A stretch of 64,000 nt of DNA from Gonapodya sp. JEL0774 (taxonomy: Eukaryota), in contig JADIIX010000063.1 in NCBI GenBank assembly GCA_027604505.1, positions 1 through 64,000 on the forward strand, in the 5' to 3' direction. The position numbers were made by a program, and so were the translations under genes. Of this stretch, positions 38,551 to 51,841 are shown one piece after another. Every line of letters begins with the position of its first letter. The first letter of the stretch is position 1. Below the pieces are notes generated by a model. That model saw nothing but the letters and a program-made list of their open reading frames with translations, was not told where the DNA came from and made no database searches.

Positions 38551-40826
38551 AATGGACACGGCGATGGAAGAATGCGGTGACGGCGACAGCTACGGCGGGA
38601 AAGCAGGGGCGAAGGGGGAGGGGATGCCCCTTGAAGTCCACTCAAACCAGGACGCGAACTGGCGAACGCATCTACTTGCGCTGACGGGAGCGAAGACATT
38701 GTCACAGCTGGTTGAGATGTTGCCATCATATAAACCGGGCATCGCAGCGCCAGTGTCCGGAGAAAGATCCATTGACCAGTCGCTTGTTGGAGTCGATGCG
38801 AGTATGCTGCAGCGAGCACATAATATTCTCATTAAGGTATGTCAATTCATTCTGGTTAAGAGAAGTGGGAGCGTGGGGTGATCCGGGGTTACACTGTCTC
38901 TGCGTGTCCTCGTCGAGATTGCAATGGTGTGGGAGATTCCACCTGCTGTTTTCACAAGATGAATGTATTTCGGCACTGCCACTGTGCTGCTTACCTACCT
39001 TTGATACTTAATGGAGGGGTTTTTGGGGTTTGATTTGTCCTCCTTTTCTCACCGGTTTACTGGGCAGAGGACTTGGCCAGATGATCCGACAAGAGTTACA
39101 AGGGGAGATTAAATGATCAGTGACTTAAAAGCTACTGCAAAGTCTAGAAACGCTGATATCGTTGCCTAAATTGTGGCTTGAACTCCCCTTTACAAAAACC
39201 GTTTCCCGTTCGCAGTTTGAATTCTTAATTAATCTTCAGCTAACATCATCTACATCGTTTACAACCCCAAGGCCTGTCTCTCCTCAAATCTTCCACTAAT
39301 ACGCTCCTCGCTATTTACTGCCACAAGTCAACAGTCTCCGTTCTGTCGTGCCCTCCTCTATCGCCCCGCGGATCCCTCTCTTGTTTCCAATCTCATATCA
39401 GTCCTGCATTCTGAAACACACTTTCTGGCCACCTTAGGGGCTGAGTCACATGACATGCGACCGCTCCACGTCGTCATTGCCGCCGTACTGGTTGCTGACA
39501 TCGAGGGACGATCCCGGGAGGCAGACCAAGTCAAAGGAATAAAGAGGGCAACTTGGGCCCAGTGGCCTCTTCCCACCATTCCTGCTTCTGATCACTCCAA
39601 GAACGCTAGTACTGTAGCACCCTTTTACTCCTCCGCATCTCACCTCGACTCGACACAGTGGGCCTCTTCTTCATCTCCTTCCAATGCACAATCACTCGCT
39701 CAGCCTCCACCTAATCCTTCGTGCCTACCCCCTCATCTCCACCTCTGCCCACCTTACCCGGAAGATATTGCTTATGATCCCGCACCCGGACCGCATGGAT
39801 CGAGATCCAGGAGGGAGGTAGTAGCATGGAGAGAGTCATGCGCTACAGGTTTGGCGGAGGTAGGTGTTGGACTGTTGAGGAGATGGAACTTTGAGCGTCG
39901 AAACACTCCAAGTGACCCGAAATGCGGCCCAATAGGCTGTCCACAGTGCCAATTGTGCGAATTGTGATCTGTAGCCCTTTGAGCGAATGCCTGTTTGCTC
40001 TAGCAAATGCGATTGGATAACAGAATCTCACAGCATGTGGCCTGTTGGAATGGGCTCAGGATGTTGTGATGTGCATGTTGACATGGGAGGGGGCAACATC
40101 TGCCAGGCCGTTTCTGCCGAATTGAGATCCTTGTGTAGAACGTGGTATCACCTGCTCGTTCCAACCAATACCTTCCCACAGCTCGTTCCAACGGACCTTC
40201 TTGACCTCCGGTTCGGGTCGGGTAATGTAAGTTGAACACAGCGCTCTCTTCCGTTTTCTGTTCAGATCTTCTTCAATCACCACCCCCTTTTTCAGACGGC
40301 CCTCCATCTCGCTTCTCTATCTCCTACCCCCGACCTTGCCAGGCGTCTTCTGTCCCTTGGTGCAAACCCAATGGTACGGAATGGGGCGAATCTATCACCA
40401 GCCGAAACTGCCATCCTTCCCGAAACTCGTGCGATCCTCGCCGCTGCTGCGGCATCCGCGTCAACGACTAACGGCTCGCCCACCATGACCACCGTCCCTC
40501 CGATTCCTGCACCCTCACCTCTGCGCTCATCCGCCTCACCAGGGCCTGGTTCTCCAGGCTCTGGCGCCACAACGCCAACGAAGCGGGCCGTGCCAGATGA
40601 AGGGAATGAGGATCGGACGATTGGAGGAGGTCGGAGGGGTGTTACGAAAGCAGCGAGGGTGGATGTGCAATCGGCGGACTGGGGCGTGGAGCCCGCAGCG
40701 GTGGTCGCGACAAGAAAGTCGTCGAGATCGAACGGGAGGCTTTCTAGTGGAGGGCGGGGAAGAGCAAATGGATCTGTGTCTGTGGGGATTGTGAATGGGG
40801 CGGGTGAGGATGCGATGGAGGTGTGA
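38551..40826 (+). CDS. Hypothetical protein with C-terminal ankyrin repeat(s) and a disordered tail
   Basis: Exon reads QTALHLASLSPTPDLARRLLSLGANPMVRNGANLSPAETA (ankyrin consensus), preceded by RTWYHLL...LLDLRFGSG. Linkage to the upstream exons (38551-38837, ~39335-39955) is inferred. Confidence 0.55.
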
Positions 40827-40949
40827 TTTTCAATAGTGTTGTACGAGCTGGGGTTATAGAAGGACGCTGGTGGGAGCACTTGCCATACTTAGGCCATTTG
40901 GTCGTTGTGTTCTGTAGTGGGAGGAGGACGAACTCGGACCTGAGCATCA

Positions 40950-42341
40950 GCGGTTTCATGCCCGCCGCCCAAAATCTCAGCTCGTTAGTTCTCATTGCAG
41001 TCGGTGGGACCCAATCTATAATGTTTTCTTCAATTCATAATGCATGCATGCCTATTGCTGTCTTTTTAAAACATATTTCGGGATGTCTTCATTACTGTGT
41101 ACCCGACTGTACGAAACCACCATCGGGTCCCGGTCCAGCCGAGAATACTTTGTCGAGGGCAAGTTCAAGTGATGGGTTGGCTCCACGGAGACCATCTTCA
41201 TTTGGAATGGGGCAAATGTTGTCATGGATTTAAATCGACAAGCGAAGGAGCACACTGAGTGAGTCGTTATAAGAGTGGTTTACTCACCTACGACGGATTT
41301 TCCCCAATGGAAATATTCATGGACGCGTTCTCTTGACCTACAAACCGATAACATTTATCGAGCCATACTTTCAGTGAATTCCAATATCCACATATGACTC
41401 ACCAACCCTCGGGCCAAGACTTTTGAAGGTCCCGAAGATTAAAGAGTTTGTCGGCCATCTTCACGTGCTTGGCTTTAAGAGACTTATGAGGTGCACTGGA
41501 TACCTGGAGACTAGCGAAATGGTTCAGATTCAACGGCTTCCCTCTTGGTAGTCTCCACACTGCGTCATTCTTCCAAATATCACATTCATCTACCCAGTGT
41601 TCCCAAAGAGCCATTGCACGAGCCCCCACCTAGTGCGCTCACCTTTTCCTAGTTTCCTTGGGCAAGTCTTTGTTGTCAGTCACTTCCATTACAATAGACG
41701 CCTTGTTGAGAAAGGTTTGAGGAGCGAACGAAGTCATGACTAAGACCACGGAAGTACTAGAGATACTTTTTAGACGCACAACTTCGTCGCCGAATTCCTG
41801 AACAAGCTCCTCCCTGGTAGTGTCGGTATCCTCAACCGTGTCGTGTAGAATGGCAGCTTGCAGTGTTGCGAGGTCAAAGATCTTGTGAGACAGAAAGGAA
41901 ATGAGGATTTGCGCACCCAAAGAAGCATGGGAGGGTTGTAGCGCTCTCGAGGATGAACAATGGGGCCGCTCAGTACCAGTGCCATGAGAAACACTCACGC
42001 CTCCCTCACGTGCCAATATCATTGCAACCCCAATGGGATGATTGATGTATGGGGTCTTGACCGCATCTTTTCTGCGTTGGTTGGTGTGTTTCTGGAAAGC
42101 ACGTCCGGGTCATGTAAGCACCGTGACAGTAATGATCACTGAAGCCAACCAGGTGCGCATCCGTAGCAACTCATGACGAAGTTAGTTCATCCTTTTAGGC
42201 GTCAAATCTCACGTGCTAGGATCTGGTTGCACCAGCAATCTCTCCGAATCTAGGCGACATGCGAATTCACGTACTAACACGAGCAGCGAAATCTATTGCA
42301 GCTAGGAGTTGCGCGTGTATAGGAAATGCTTGGTCACTCAT
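40950..42341 (-). CDS. HDDC3: MESH1/HDDC3-like HD-domain (p)ppGpp/NADPH hydrolase
   Basis: [93 protein letters not shown]. 3' end approximate. Confidence 0.9.
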
Positions 42342-42676
42342 GTCGGCTGGAGACGGGGGTCAGTTGGAAAGCTGGTAGCGGCGCCGTGCTGTGGTTCATC
42401 TGCGTCATCGTTACACTGCCTGCACCCTGATCGTTCCCCAGCAATAATAATGGAGACGGTGAGAGCCAGTTCTGCGTAGTGTTCTCTCCAGGAGGAAATT
42501 GTTAGGGATCAATTGCTCCCCAAAGAGCGAATGCACATTCATCAAACCACTCGCTGTCACTTTCAACCGGCTCTCAAAATAGAGAAAAGGCATTAGTTAA
42601 TAGTTCCTGGAACTCTCTGAAGCGTGCGGTCGCTTCACCGGTAAAATAAATAGTCTATGAAATTGACATAATGCGG

Positions 42677-45600
42677 TTAGGAATCGGATCTAATTTTGAA
42701 GTGTCTGGCACGTTCCATGAACGCCGACTTATGCTTCTTGGGAACGAACTCAGCAAAGCCGTTCATTACTGCGGTTGCACGAACCGCGTCATAACAAGAA
42801 AGAAGCATCTCCAACTCGTCCACCAGTTTCCAAAAGTCCAGTTCTTTCGCTTTAAATGCACGCAAAAATGCTTGTAGTTTTTTGTAGTCCGATCGACTCA
42901 GCGTTGCTTTCACATCATCCAGATACGTACGCGCTTGTGTGGGTGGGTTGCATTGGGCCTTTCTCTCATCTAAAACAGAGCCAACCGCTTCACTTGGTTT
43001 TACCTCCATGCGACCAGCCTTTCCGGGGAGGTTCTCCTTCGTTTCGCCAACTTCTGAGTGTACCCCTACTATCGCTGATTTAGCCACCTTGTCCTCCCGT
43101 GTCCGCGCTACAATTTCCTTGAGCGTCCCCCTCACTTGTTGTGTCGTTGAGTGCAATGACAGAGCTGGTTCAAAGCTCTTTCCTGTCTGTAGATCGTCGA
43201 CCCCACCCTCCCCAGCCGCCACTACCCCCTCTACTTCCGCCAATGCCCTTAGTGCTTTTTCATATGTTGTTGCATGATTTGACGGTCGGATTTGCGCCGT
43301 TGTTTGTAGACGTGTGGTAGCCGATCCTGCAGAGAGAGCTGTCATATGGCGAACAGCTGCTATCCGGGTAGCAACGGACATGTTCATCCCAACGACGGAC
43401 ACGGCAGTAGAAGACGAGTTTCCACCACTCAAACTCTTTCCAACTGGAGCTTTCACCTGCGCAGACACGATAATCATCAACACTTGATACTGAACGTTGT
43501 TCAGCTTTGGGCTATTACCTTCTCGTCCGCGTGGGCTCGGAAGAACCTCGACAGCCCTCCTTGCACTGTTGCAAACGAATTATGTACCGTCACCCTAGGC
43601 TTTACCCAAGCAGGAAGAGCGGCAAGAGATGGTGCAGACGCGAATCGATCATCGAGGAGGAGGATGGCACCGTAGTCTGATCTGTGGCGGATGGCACGGC
43701 CGATGGCCTATAATGGCGAAAACATTTGCGGTTACGCGAGTTGCAATTGTCGCGGAGAAATAATCATGGCAAGGATGGAGCGCGAGAGACCGTAAGTCGT
43801 CAACTTCATCAAATAGGTATTTTGTTCCTCACCTGGTTTACCGCTCGCGAAGCCTGCTGGCGGTACCAAGTAGCTCCGTCTATGCCCGTCCGGTTCCGTG
43901 AACGTGAATCGTCAAGAAATTGCTTTTTGAGAGAGACCTGTGGATTGGAGCCGGAGTGGAATGTGATTATCCTATCGACGAACAAGAGCACAGTAAACGT
44001 GGCAAGCTCTCCGATCGCCAGGTGCTATCACAATCACGAAGCTGTTTTCATATCTTTGGATTCATCATCAACGCTCACCTTGGGATCCTTTGCTGCTGGA
44101 AAGGGCAATCCCGTGACTATTACCCCTCTCGCCTTGGCGTCGCTAAAGTCCACACCCTCGGAGACCTTACCCCTGCACACGGCAAACAAAATTGCTCCAG
44201 TTTGCGTCTGGGTTGTCTGAGAGCCTGAGCTTTGGGACTCGATGGAACTGGATTCCGATGCAGCTGCTGCCGAACCTCCAGGTGTTTCCACCATAGCGTA
44301 GAAGTACTCGATTGCACGCGAGAATTCCGCTTTACTCTGAGGTTCTACAACGATATGCTTGTAGCTCTGTATTCGATCAAGAATCGAGCGGGTTGCGGTG
44401 AGGGACTTGAGAGAAACGTCAGGGATGTGGTGACTTCGCAACTGACAAAGAACTAAGCTGGCTGAAGGCTCACTGTGCTCTTCCACGAATCAATACAGCT
44501 TTGCATCACGCCATAGCTGGGGAAAAAGCATAGAATGCCGTCCGGGACGGTTCTTTGGCCCAAAACGTCAACTTAAGGCTCGTAGGTGTGACGAGTTCCA
44601 ATAAACAGTACCCACCGGGCGAAGTTGACAACTGCATTCCCGAGATCTGTTCGGTAGCCCGTATCATCTCTCCTTTGATATGAGCTGTTGAGCGCTGTAC
44701 CCGCAGGTCCCTTGGTCACCACTGCCACCAAAGCTTGTGAATCCGTGATGACGTGTGGATTTTCAAGACGGACGTCGAAAGGACTGATAAACCAAAGATG
44801 AAAATGTTCTCATTCACATCCTGCTGGAAAGTCGTAGATCGATGAATGTCAGTTCAAACTTACATTCCCAACTCTGCTGCAACACCATCCAGCGGGGCCA
44901 ATGTCCCACTCGCTAAAATGACATTTCTCACTCCAGCAGCTAAAAGCTCCCTCATCGCGACCCCTGAGTCAAAGCACCAATAGCTTAATGTCCGACCTTC
45001 GCCACCGCCGCGCACTGCGCCGGCACGAGTCAGGTGTACTCGGTAAGCGTGTAGGGCACTGGCCAGTGCTGGCCGGTCGAGGTGGCGAAGCGAAGGATGG
45101 AAACAGGTCTTTAGTGCGGTATGGAGGGCTGAGAGGTGAGCTCGTGGTGACCGGCGGTGGGATCCGGAGGCGGAAACTAGACATTTAATTTAAGCGTCCC
45201 GTTTTGTTCAATTATGTCTGATTTTTGAGACCCACCTTGAGCCAGAGTCTGGACGGCACCTTCAAGAACGCGACCGAGCACCTCCCAGGTTTCGAAAGAT
45301 CTAGAATGATACAAAATCTGGTGTTGGGCACCAAATTACTTAGACGACTCCCATTCCCATCTGAAAACTTACACCTTTACGGCAGCAAAGAGGTCAAATA
45401 TATAATCACCCGGTCGGACAAAGTCACCGGACGAGGGATTTAGCGGGAGGGATTGAAGGTGAGAGGCAAGCTTTCCGACCAGGACTGTGTTCTGATAATA
45501 AGTCAAGCTTGCCAATAAAAAATGAGCATTCCGACGTACCCTCCAGTATTTCAAAATCTTCTTTTGTCTGTTCACCCGCGTAACCAGGCTTAGTGGCGTA

Positions 45601-46779
45601 ATCGGCGCACTGTCGCGCTTCGTCAGCGCACGCGGCCAAGTCCGCAGTAGAAATCTCGAAGGAGGTTGTGTCTCCGCAAACGGATTCGAGGTTGTGAGCC
45701 TCATCGAATATAACAATGGCGCCTCTCAAGTCCAACCCTTGGGCTTTTCTTGCGTGTGGATCCAATAGGTATTGGTAGGGAAGAAACGTGATATCTGCAC
45801 GCGGCTGATTCTCCCGGGAAAGGAAGTACGGGCAAGCACCTCGCTCGCGACCAAATGCAACGAGATCCTCGACATCAAGAAGTAATGGGGTCGCTTGAGA
45901 GAGTTCGACTGGTGCACCGTCTGATGGTCCCTCCTGGTGGGGTGCAGTATCCTCACTCTCCACACCATGGTTGTCTGCAATGTTCGCTCTTCCCTCCATC
46001 CATCCTTGCTTTACAACACTTTCTACACCTGCGTGCCATCTGCACTCCCTTTTCGTGACCTTTTGCCGACACATACTCGCCTTGGCAGCGTTGCTACGAG
46101 CTTCTCGCACCGAATCGTCCAGGCAAAGCTGCTCACGTGAGGCAAGAATTGAAGTGCGAGGCCGGTATCCAGTGTTCCGAAGTTCTCGGAGGCAATTGGA
46201 CAGCTGAGTATGTGTGCGTGATGCATAATAAATTTTGGGTGGATCTGGAGGGTCATCTGAGAAGCAGTGGACATTTAATAATCCCCAGAAATCGAAAAGC
46301 ACAGTGAGTGGAAAGCTGAGCGTTGATTTCCCACCCCGTTTGTGATGAAAGATGAATTGGTCTTCACCATCAAATGTCTCCCCAACCGCTCTGTCAAGTT
46401 CCTCGAGCATTTTCTTTGCCTCTTCCATGTCAATCTCGGGTTTAGACCTCCCATCGCCCAAGTTGGTGGCAGCCAGTGATGCCTTGAGTTGACTTAGAGC
46501 GGCGTAATGTTCTCGCCACGCGAGCACGGAACACAACAGACAGAGAGTCTTTCCAGTACCAGTAGGTGACTCTAGCAAGGCATTTCGCCTGCTTTGCTAA
46601 AATTAAGCAGCGAATCGGTGACAAAAACCTGAGAATCTTATGTTCACATTTTGCGAAGATCGTCGGACACCCACCAACGAAAGGATTGCCCTTTCCATGA
46701 GGTCTACTTGTACGCGATACGGCTCAAAGGGGAACAATGTTTGCACTCCGCGGAGATCAAGTTGCTTTTGGTGTTTCAT
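42677..46779 (-). CDS. RTEL1: RTEL1-like Fe-S DEAH DNA helicase
   Basis: [108 protein letters not shown]. C-terminal harmonin-like domain ARTYLDDVKATLS..YKKL..F.EFVPKKHK. Confidence 0.9.
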
Positions 46780-46832
46780 TTCTGGATACGGATGATGGTG
46801 ACACAGTACACATGAACATGTGGAATTGCGGT

Positions 46833-48571
46833 TCAAATTTCCTCTTTTAGTCGAGCAGAATACCGACTATCTACGATTTCAGCTAGTGTATTTGCAATTC
46901 GAAAGTGAGTTTGTTGTATTCTGTAATGCAGAGATGATCAAATAAATGGAACGAAGCTGGATCTGCTGTCGGGGAACACCCACCTGTACATTGTATTCTC
47001 GTGATAATGCAATGTCACCATGTACGTTTCCAGCCACGTGACATTGCAACTGAGATGGGATTGAGCTACGATATCCTCGTGACTGAGAGTTCCAGCGAGC
47101 TTTGCCAGCAATTCGTGCATGTTGCCAGACAGTTTCTGCTGTGCCACGAGGTTTCGCATGTCCGACTTCTGCTTCCGCATGAACATGTCACGTTTTTGCT
47201 GGCGGGCTTTCCTTAGTTTGTACAGCTGCAAAGCGCGGTCTGCCTGCGTTGCCTCATCTATGTTCTGAGGGCCAACACCGGAGCAGATCAACATTAGGCA
47301 GCTTATACAACCGAGAAACATACCTGACAAATGATAGCTATGAAGAGGTTTGTTATGATCATGCTAGCTATGAAAATGAAACTTATGGCGAAGTACTGGT
47401 TGCCGGTGTAACCAGAGTCCTCGAGGCGTTGCTGATAGTTTTGCCATCCATCCGTCGTGGTCCACACCCAAAGAACGTGAAATGCCTTGTCGAGCCCAGA
47501 CCAATCGGCATAAGCGATGTTGCTCGGATCGTTGCCTGGTAAAGCGGATTTTCAAATGGAACACGTTCGTCACGGTACGAGGTCTCCTACCAAACAGGTA
47601 CACTCCCATGACTGCATAGATGAATATAGTGATAAGCAGGAGAATAATGACGTCGATAATATCTCGAGTGATGGTTCGAGTGAGTGCGTTGACGATAACT
47701 TGAAGAGTCCTAACCATGGAAACGGAACGGAAAGCGCGGAGAGCCCGTAAAGCTACGGAAGTGCAAAACATTGGATATCAATATCCTTGCAAGGAAAAAT
47801 ACAGCTGTAAATACCCCTGAGCATCCTTAGCACGGTCAGGTTGGTGCTGCCCGTTGCAACTAAACTCGCGAACCACTGGGCATAGCTCATAATCAAGATG
47901 AAAAAGTCGAAGCGATTATAGCCTCCCTTCCAGTAGACACCAAAGTCAGCGTAGATTTTGAGGCCAGCTTCAATTGTGTAAATTGCAAGGTAAACGAGGT
48001 CGAGATATTGGAACACAGCAGGTGTCTCGGCAACGCCGCCGTCCGTAGATGGAGCGCTCGCAGCATATTCTGTTTCAATGGTAATTGTAATGATGTTGCA
48101 GAGGATAACTGCCATGATACACCAGTTGAATTTTCGATCCTGAGGATGGGAACTTGTACAAGGAGTCGATTTGTACCCGCAACAAACAGCCGCCACCGAC
48201 CTCTACGATTCGTATAACATATTTCTTCGTTAATGGTCTGTGCTCCTTCTTTTTCCCATCATCGATTCGATGGGTTTCTGAGCGAAACAGGGCGGCGTCC
48301 CTGTCGTGTTGACGGCGGCATCAGCAAGTACGATGTATGGGCCGAGCAGCGCTTCGCCTGCACTGCTCACGTCTTCCCAGCTCCACCTTGTGTCTCAAAC
48401 TCTTTAAAGAGTTCGGTGGCTTTCAATGCGGCGCGTTGCTGGTTCCACTAGAAGAAGAGAGACCCGCAAGGTGGGCGACATTGTTTCATTCATCAGATCC
48501 TTGCTGAGTCAGACTTGAAGTGCTACCTGAGCCGGCTTTTTCGTCTTGAAGAGGCCATTGTTGGCGTCCAT
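46833..48571 (-). CDS. Single-domain 6TM voltage-gated cation channel, CatSper3-like
   Basis: S1-S4 with LRMLR-ALRALRAFRSV, pore motif WTTTDGWQNY, S6 ITNLFIAIICQNI, coiled coil, C-terminal WLETYMVTLHYHENTMYRIQQTHFRIANTL. Confidence 0.85.
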
Positions 48572-48663
48572 GTCAATTGGTTCGTTTTGTGCAAGCAGTC
48601 AGTCGGTGCTGCACGATTTAATTCGTTAAGTTCACGCAAGCCGAAATAGTTTCGATCCCAATC

Positions 48664-50743
48664 ATGGAATGGGTAGAGTACATTGTGCGTCGCTATTACC
48701 TCGAAAATGGGTGGAATGAAGATGCATACTTTTCCAATCTTAACGCAGCTTCGCGAGGTGAGCGGGTCGTTGCTATCTGATCGTGCAGTCCAGAACGTCG
48801 AATCTCGCATTCCATTTCATGTTCGATATCATTGGCACTAAGCGATCCTCGACTTTCCCACACCTGTGGGGCTGTCTTTACACCTTGGGAAGTCCGTTTC
48901 GACGAATCTACGTGCTGCCTACACTCTTGGCATCATTCCCGACAGCAAATCTGCCGGGTTTCTTTACACCAATCGTCCCCTCTATCTCCCACGAAAACTC
49001 TCACTGCAAGATACGTCAGAGGCTAACATGGGGATCGGCTGGCAGTCGTGGTACCCGCCCAAACCCAAGGAAGCGGACGGAATGCCATTGTCACCTCCTG
49101 ATCCTGGGGATGGAAAAACGAACAATGGGTGGCGGGGACCTGGAGATGAGGAATCGCCGGCAGAAACGGGTGAGATATCTCTGAGTGATGGTGGTGCCCG
49201 TACGGCGACCCACGGCCACCCTCCTGTTCGCGAAACTGCAAACCCCGTGCCGTCTCCAACTTCTAGCATATTTGCTAGAGTCTCGAGTCTATGGAATCGT
49301 GCAATAAGCTCAATGACGATTAACGCTGAGGCAGCGGGTGAAAACCGTGGACCAAATGATCCAGTGCCCCTCTCCCTAACAATTGAACCCGTTCATGCTT
49401 CAGTGCGCGAGGACGCTCGAAGCACACGACCGTCGGAGAGTGTGGGTACAGAACCGAGTTCATTAAAGAGCGTCAGCACTGCCACGGATGCTCCTCCTGT
49501 TATCTGGCCAACCCCAACTGCGAGCATTGCAACGACTCCTCCAAGTTCCCCCGACGAAGAGTCTTCCGACCGGCTCCTGGACATCCAGGATTCTAAAGCT
49601 GAAACGCAAATAGAATCTTCACTCACTCCTCCAGAGCGCTCGGATTTCCTCCTGTACGGTCGAATCCACCAGTCCGGTGGACTAGAGGCCGTTCATTCGC
49701 ACCGCCTGTCTCAGAAATTGCTCCTCGTCAATACAGCGTTCACTGCATGGGGAAAGGAACCAAAAGGCCATGTGAGCTTTCATTTTTTTCGGCAGGAAAA
49801 GTGGATGCAATCCCCCACTTCCTTGTTATGTCCGCTGCTGAGTGTTTTGCCTGCGTTTGTTCCAGTTCCACTCGCAACTTGCCTACGCCACCTCCTCAGC
49901 CTCTTCCCAATTAACTTACGATTCAGATTCATCAACATTTGGCTTGTCAACCCTGTTCAATCTGGGATCTCCTTTTGGTGGACTGAGCCAATTAGCGGCC
50001 GGTGGCGAAGTGTACTATGTTGCGGACGAGAGAAGCGGCGGAAGTGAGCTGGTGGTATTGTCTTTCCGATCGATTGCGTGATTGATGCCCTCATCACTTG
50101 GCAGTCGCTTGCGGATTTAGAGCACGACAAACATACCCAATGGCTCCACTAAGCATGGATTCCGGGACACTTCTTGCAGCAGCCGCTGCTGATAAACATG
50201 CCGGGGCAGAAGTGCGACCCTCAAGGTCGTTGTCAACCACCACTCAGGAGTCGCTTCTCGATTCCGGCGCCTTGTCAGTACCATCGTCATCTTCATCGAG
50301 GGCTTTGGAAGCGACCACCACCAACCCTGATCACTCAGACGCTCGTTGCTACCCTCCTCACGCTACTTGGACTCTCACTCTCAACCCCATGATGGGCCAT
50401 GTCTCAGGCTCCTACACTTCCACCGTTGCTCCCGGAGCGGACGTATCAGCACGTTATGATCTCAACGTTTATAGCTATGATAGCGATCTTGCTGTTGGAG
50501 TTGAGTGGGCACCGCTGGGTCGCGGAGAAATGGTAAAATTTGGGGTTGGAAAAGAGGTGAGCTGAAATTGTGAAACCAGCAGATATTGGGGACTTTCTAG
50601 CGTTTCCTAATCGTTGAATGTCACAGGGAATTCGCCTCCTGTTTCAAAAGCTGCTTCCCAGAGCGGTAGTTTCATTTGGAGTTTTGGCGGGATGGGGCGA
50701 TAGTGGTCGAAGAGACGTTGGGGTGGAAGTTCAGATTGTGTAG
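48664..50743 (+). CDS. MDM10: Mitochondrial distribution and morphology protein 10 (ERMES/SAM beta-barrel)
   Basis: YYLENGWNEDAYFSNLNAASR-AILDFPTPVGL, LLYGRIH, AGGEVYY..SGG, TLTLNPMMGHVSGSY, ARYDLNVYSYDSDLAVGVEW, GVEVQIV*. Confidence 0.92.
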
Positions 50744-50925
50744 ACAGTCGGACATCGGTGGCGGGGGTGGCCCTCAAGGGGGATATTCTCCGCATTTTAC
50801 ATATTATACATTACCAAGTATGTACATTGTTCATATGAATTAATACCCCCGAGCATAAATTTCCCGGGAAAAGGACTTGTGACTCGTTTATGCACTTGAA
50901 TCGCAACAGAGGGATTACGCGAAGT

Positions 50926-51705
50926 TCAAGAGTGACTGATCGCGGTGGACCGACAGTGGTTCTCAATGCCAACAATCTCCAAAACTACCTGGCCCACCAG
51001 ATACTCTCCATCGTGTGACACAGAGCACAATGAGCGAAGCGTGGACGACAAATTTGAGGACAAATCAGCGGCATGATAGCGAACAACTTTGTCCGCAATA
51101 ACAGGGTCCACCACCAAACTGGGCTTGCTCGGTAATCGCAAATCTATTGGCACGCAGGAATTTCTCGAATGAGAGGAAGTCTGACACGTTGTGTCGGTTT
51201 GCAATTTGCACCTGCTTCTGTTCGCACAACTTGAACGTCGTGCGTGGACATGACGTGAGCTGGGTATAGTGCCTTGAAAGCAGCTTCTTTCAAGGCCCAT
51301 CGCGCTTCATGTTGTAGCAATGCCAGTTTCGAGGTGTGAATGAATCACATGAATGAGAAACTCGAGTGAATCAATCCCAATGAGAAGCTCGAGTAAATAA
51401 TCCAGTCATCCCAGCAGAACTTCACCTGCCACCCATTGACTGACCCGTTCCGCTTCTCCTGCCTTAAACTTTTGCATATCACATGCTTGTAACGTCAAGT
51501 GTGGAGACCATTTGGGAAATCTTCTTTGGAAGTCCTGCAATTCCATTTCTGTGAGGATCCGTCGAAGAAATCGAGTGGGTCCATTCCGAATGCTGAGGGA
51601 GGTCGACGGAGAGTTGGACGAGCATAAAGTAAACGGTTGAAAAGGAAAGAGAAGGCGATGGATTCTAGGAACGTGAACGATGTCAATGCCGATGCCGATC
51701 AGCAT
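50926..51705 (-). CDS. AcpS-type 4'-phosphopantetheinyl transferase (mitochondrial Ppt2-like)
   Basis: MLIGIGIDIVHVPRI, RFLRRILTEME, RWALKEAAFKALYP, KPSL, SVSHDGEYLVGQV. Confidence 0.9.
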
Positions 51706-51841
51706 GGTTTCTTCTGCGGGGATCACATATGCCATTCAAAAGCGCAGACACAGCTGGTTCAACCACCACAGATACATGAATCAGACCACTGCAGAATATC
51801 TGCGTGAAATGGTAAATGTGTACAGTTAAGTATGCTAATGT

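Noticed and set aside
50926..51705. PPTase as dedicated partner of the stand-alone KS
   Set aside because: It is the short AcpS type that usually serves mitochondrial ACP, and it lies 20 kb away among housekeeping genes.
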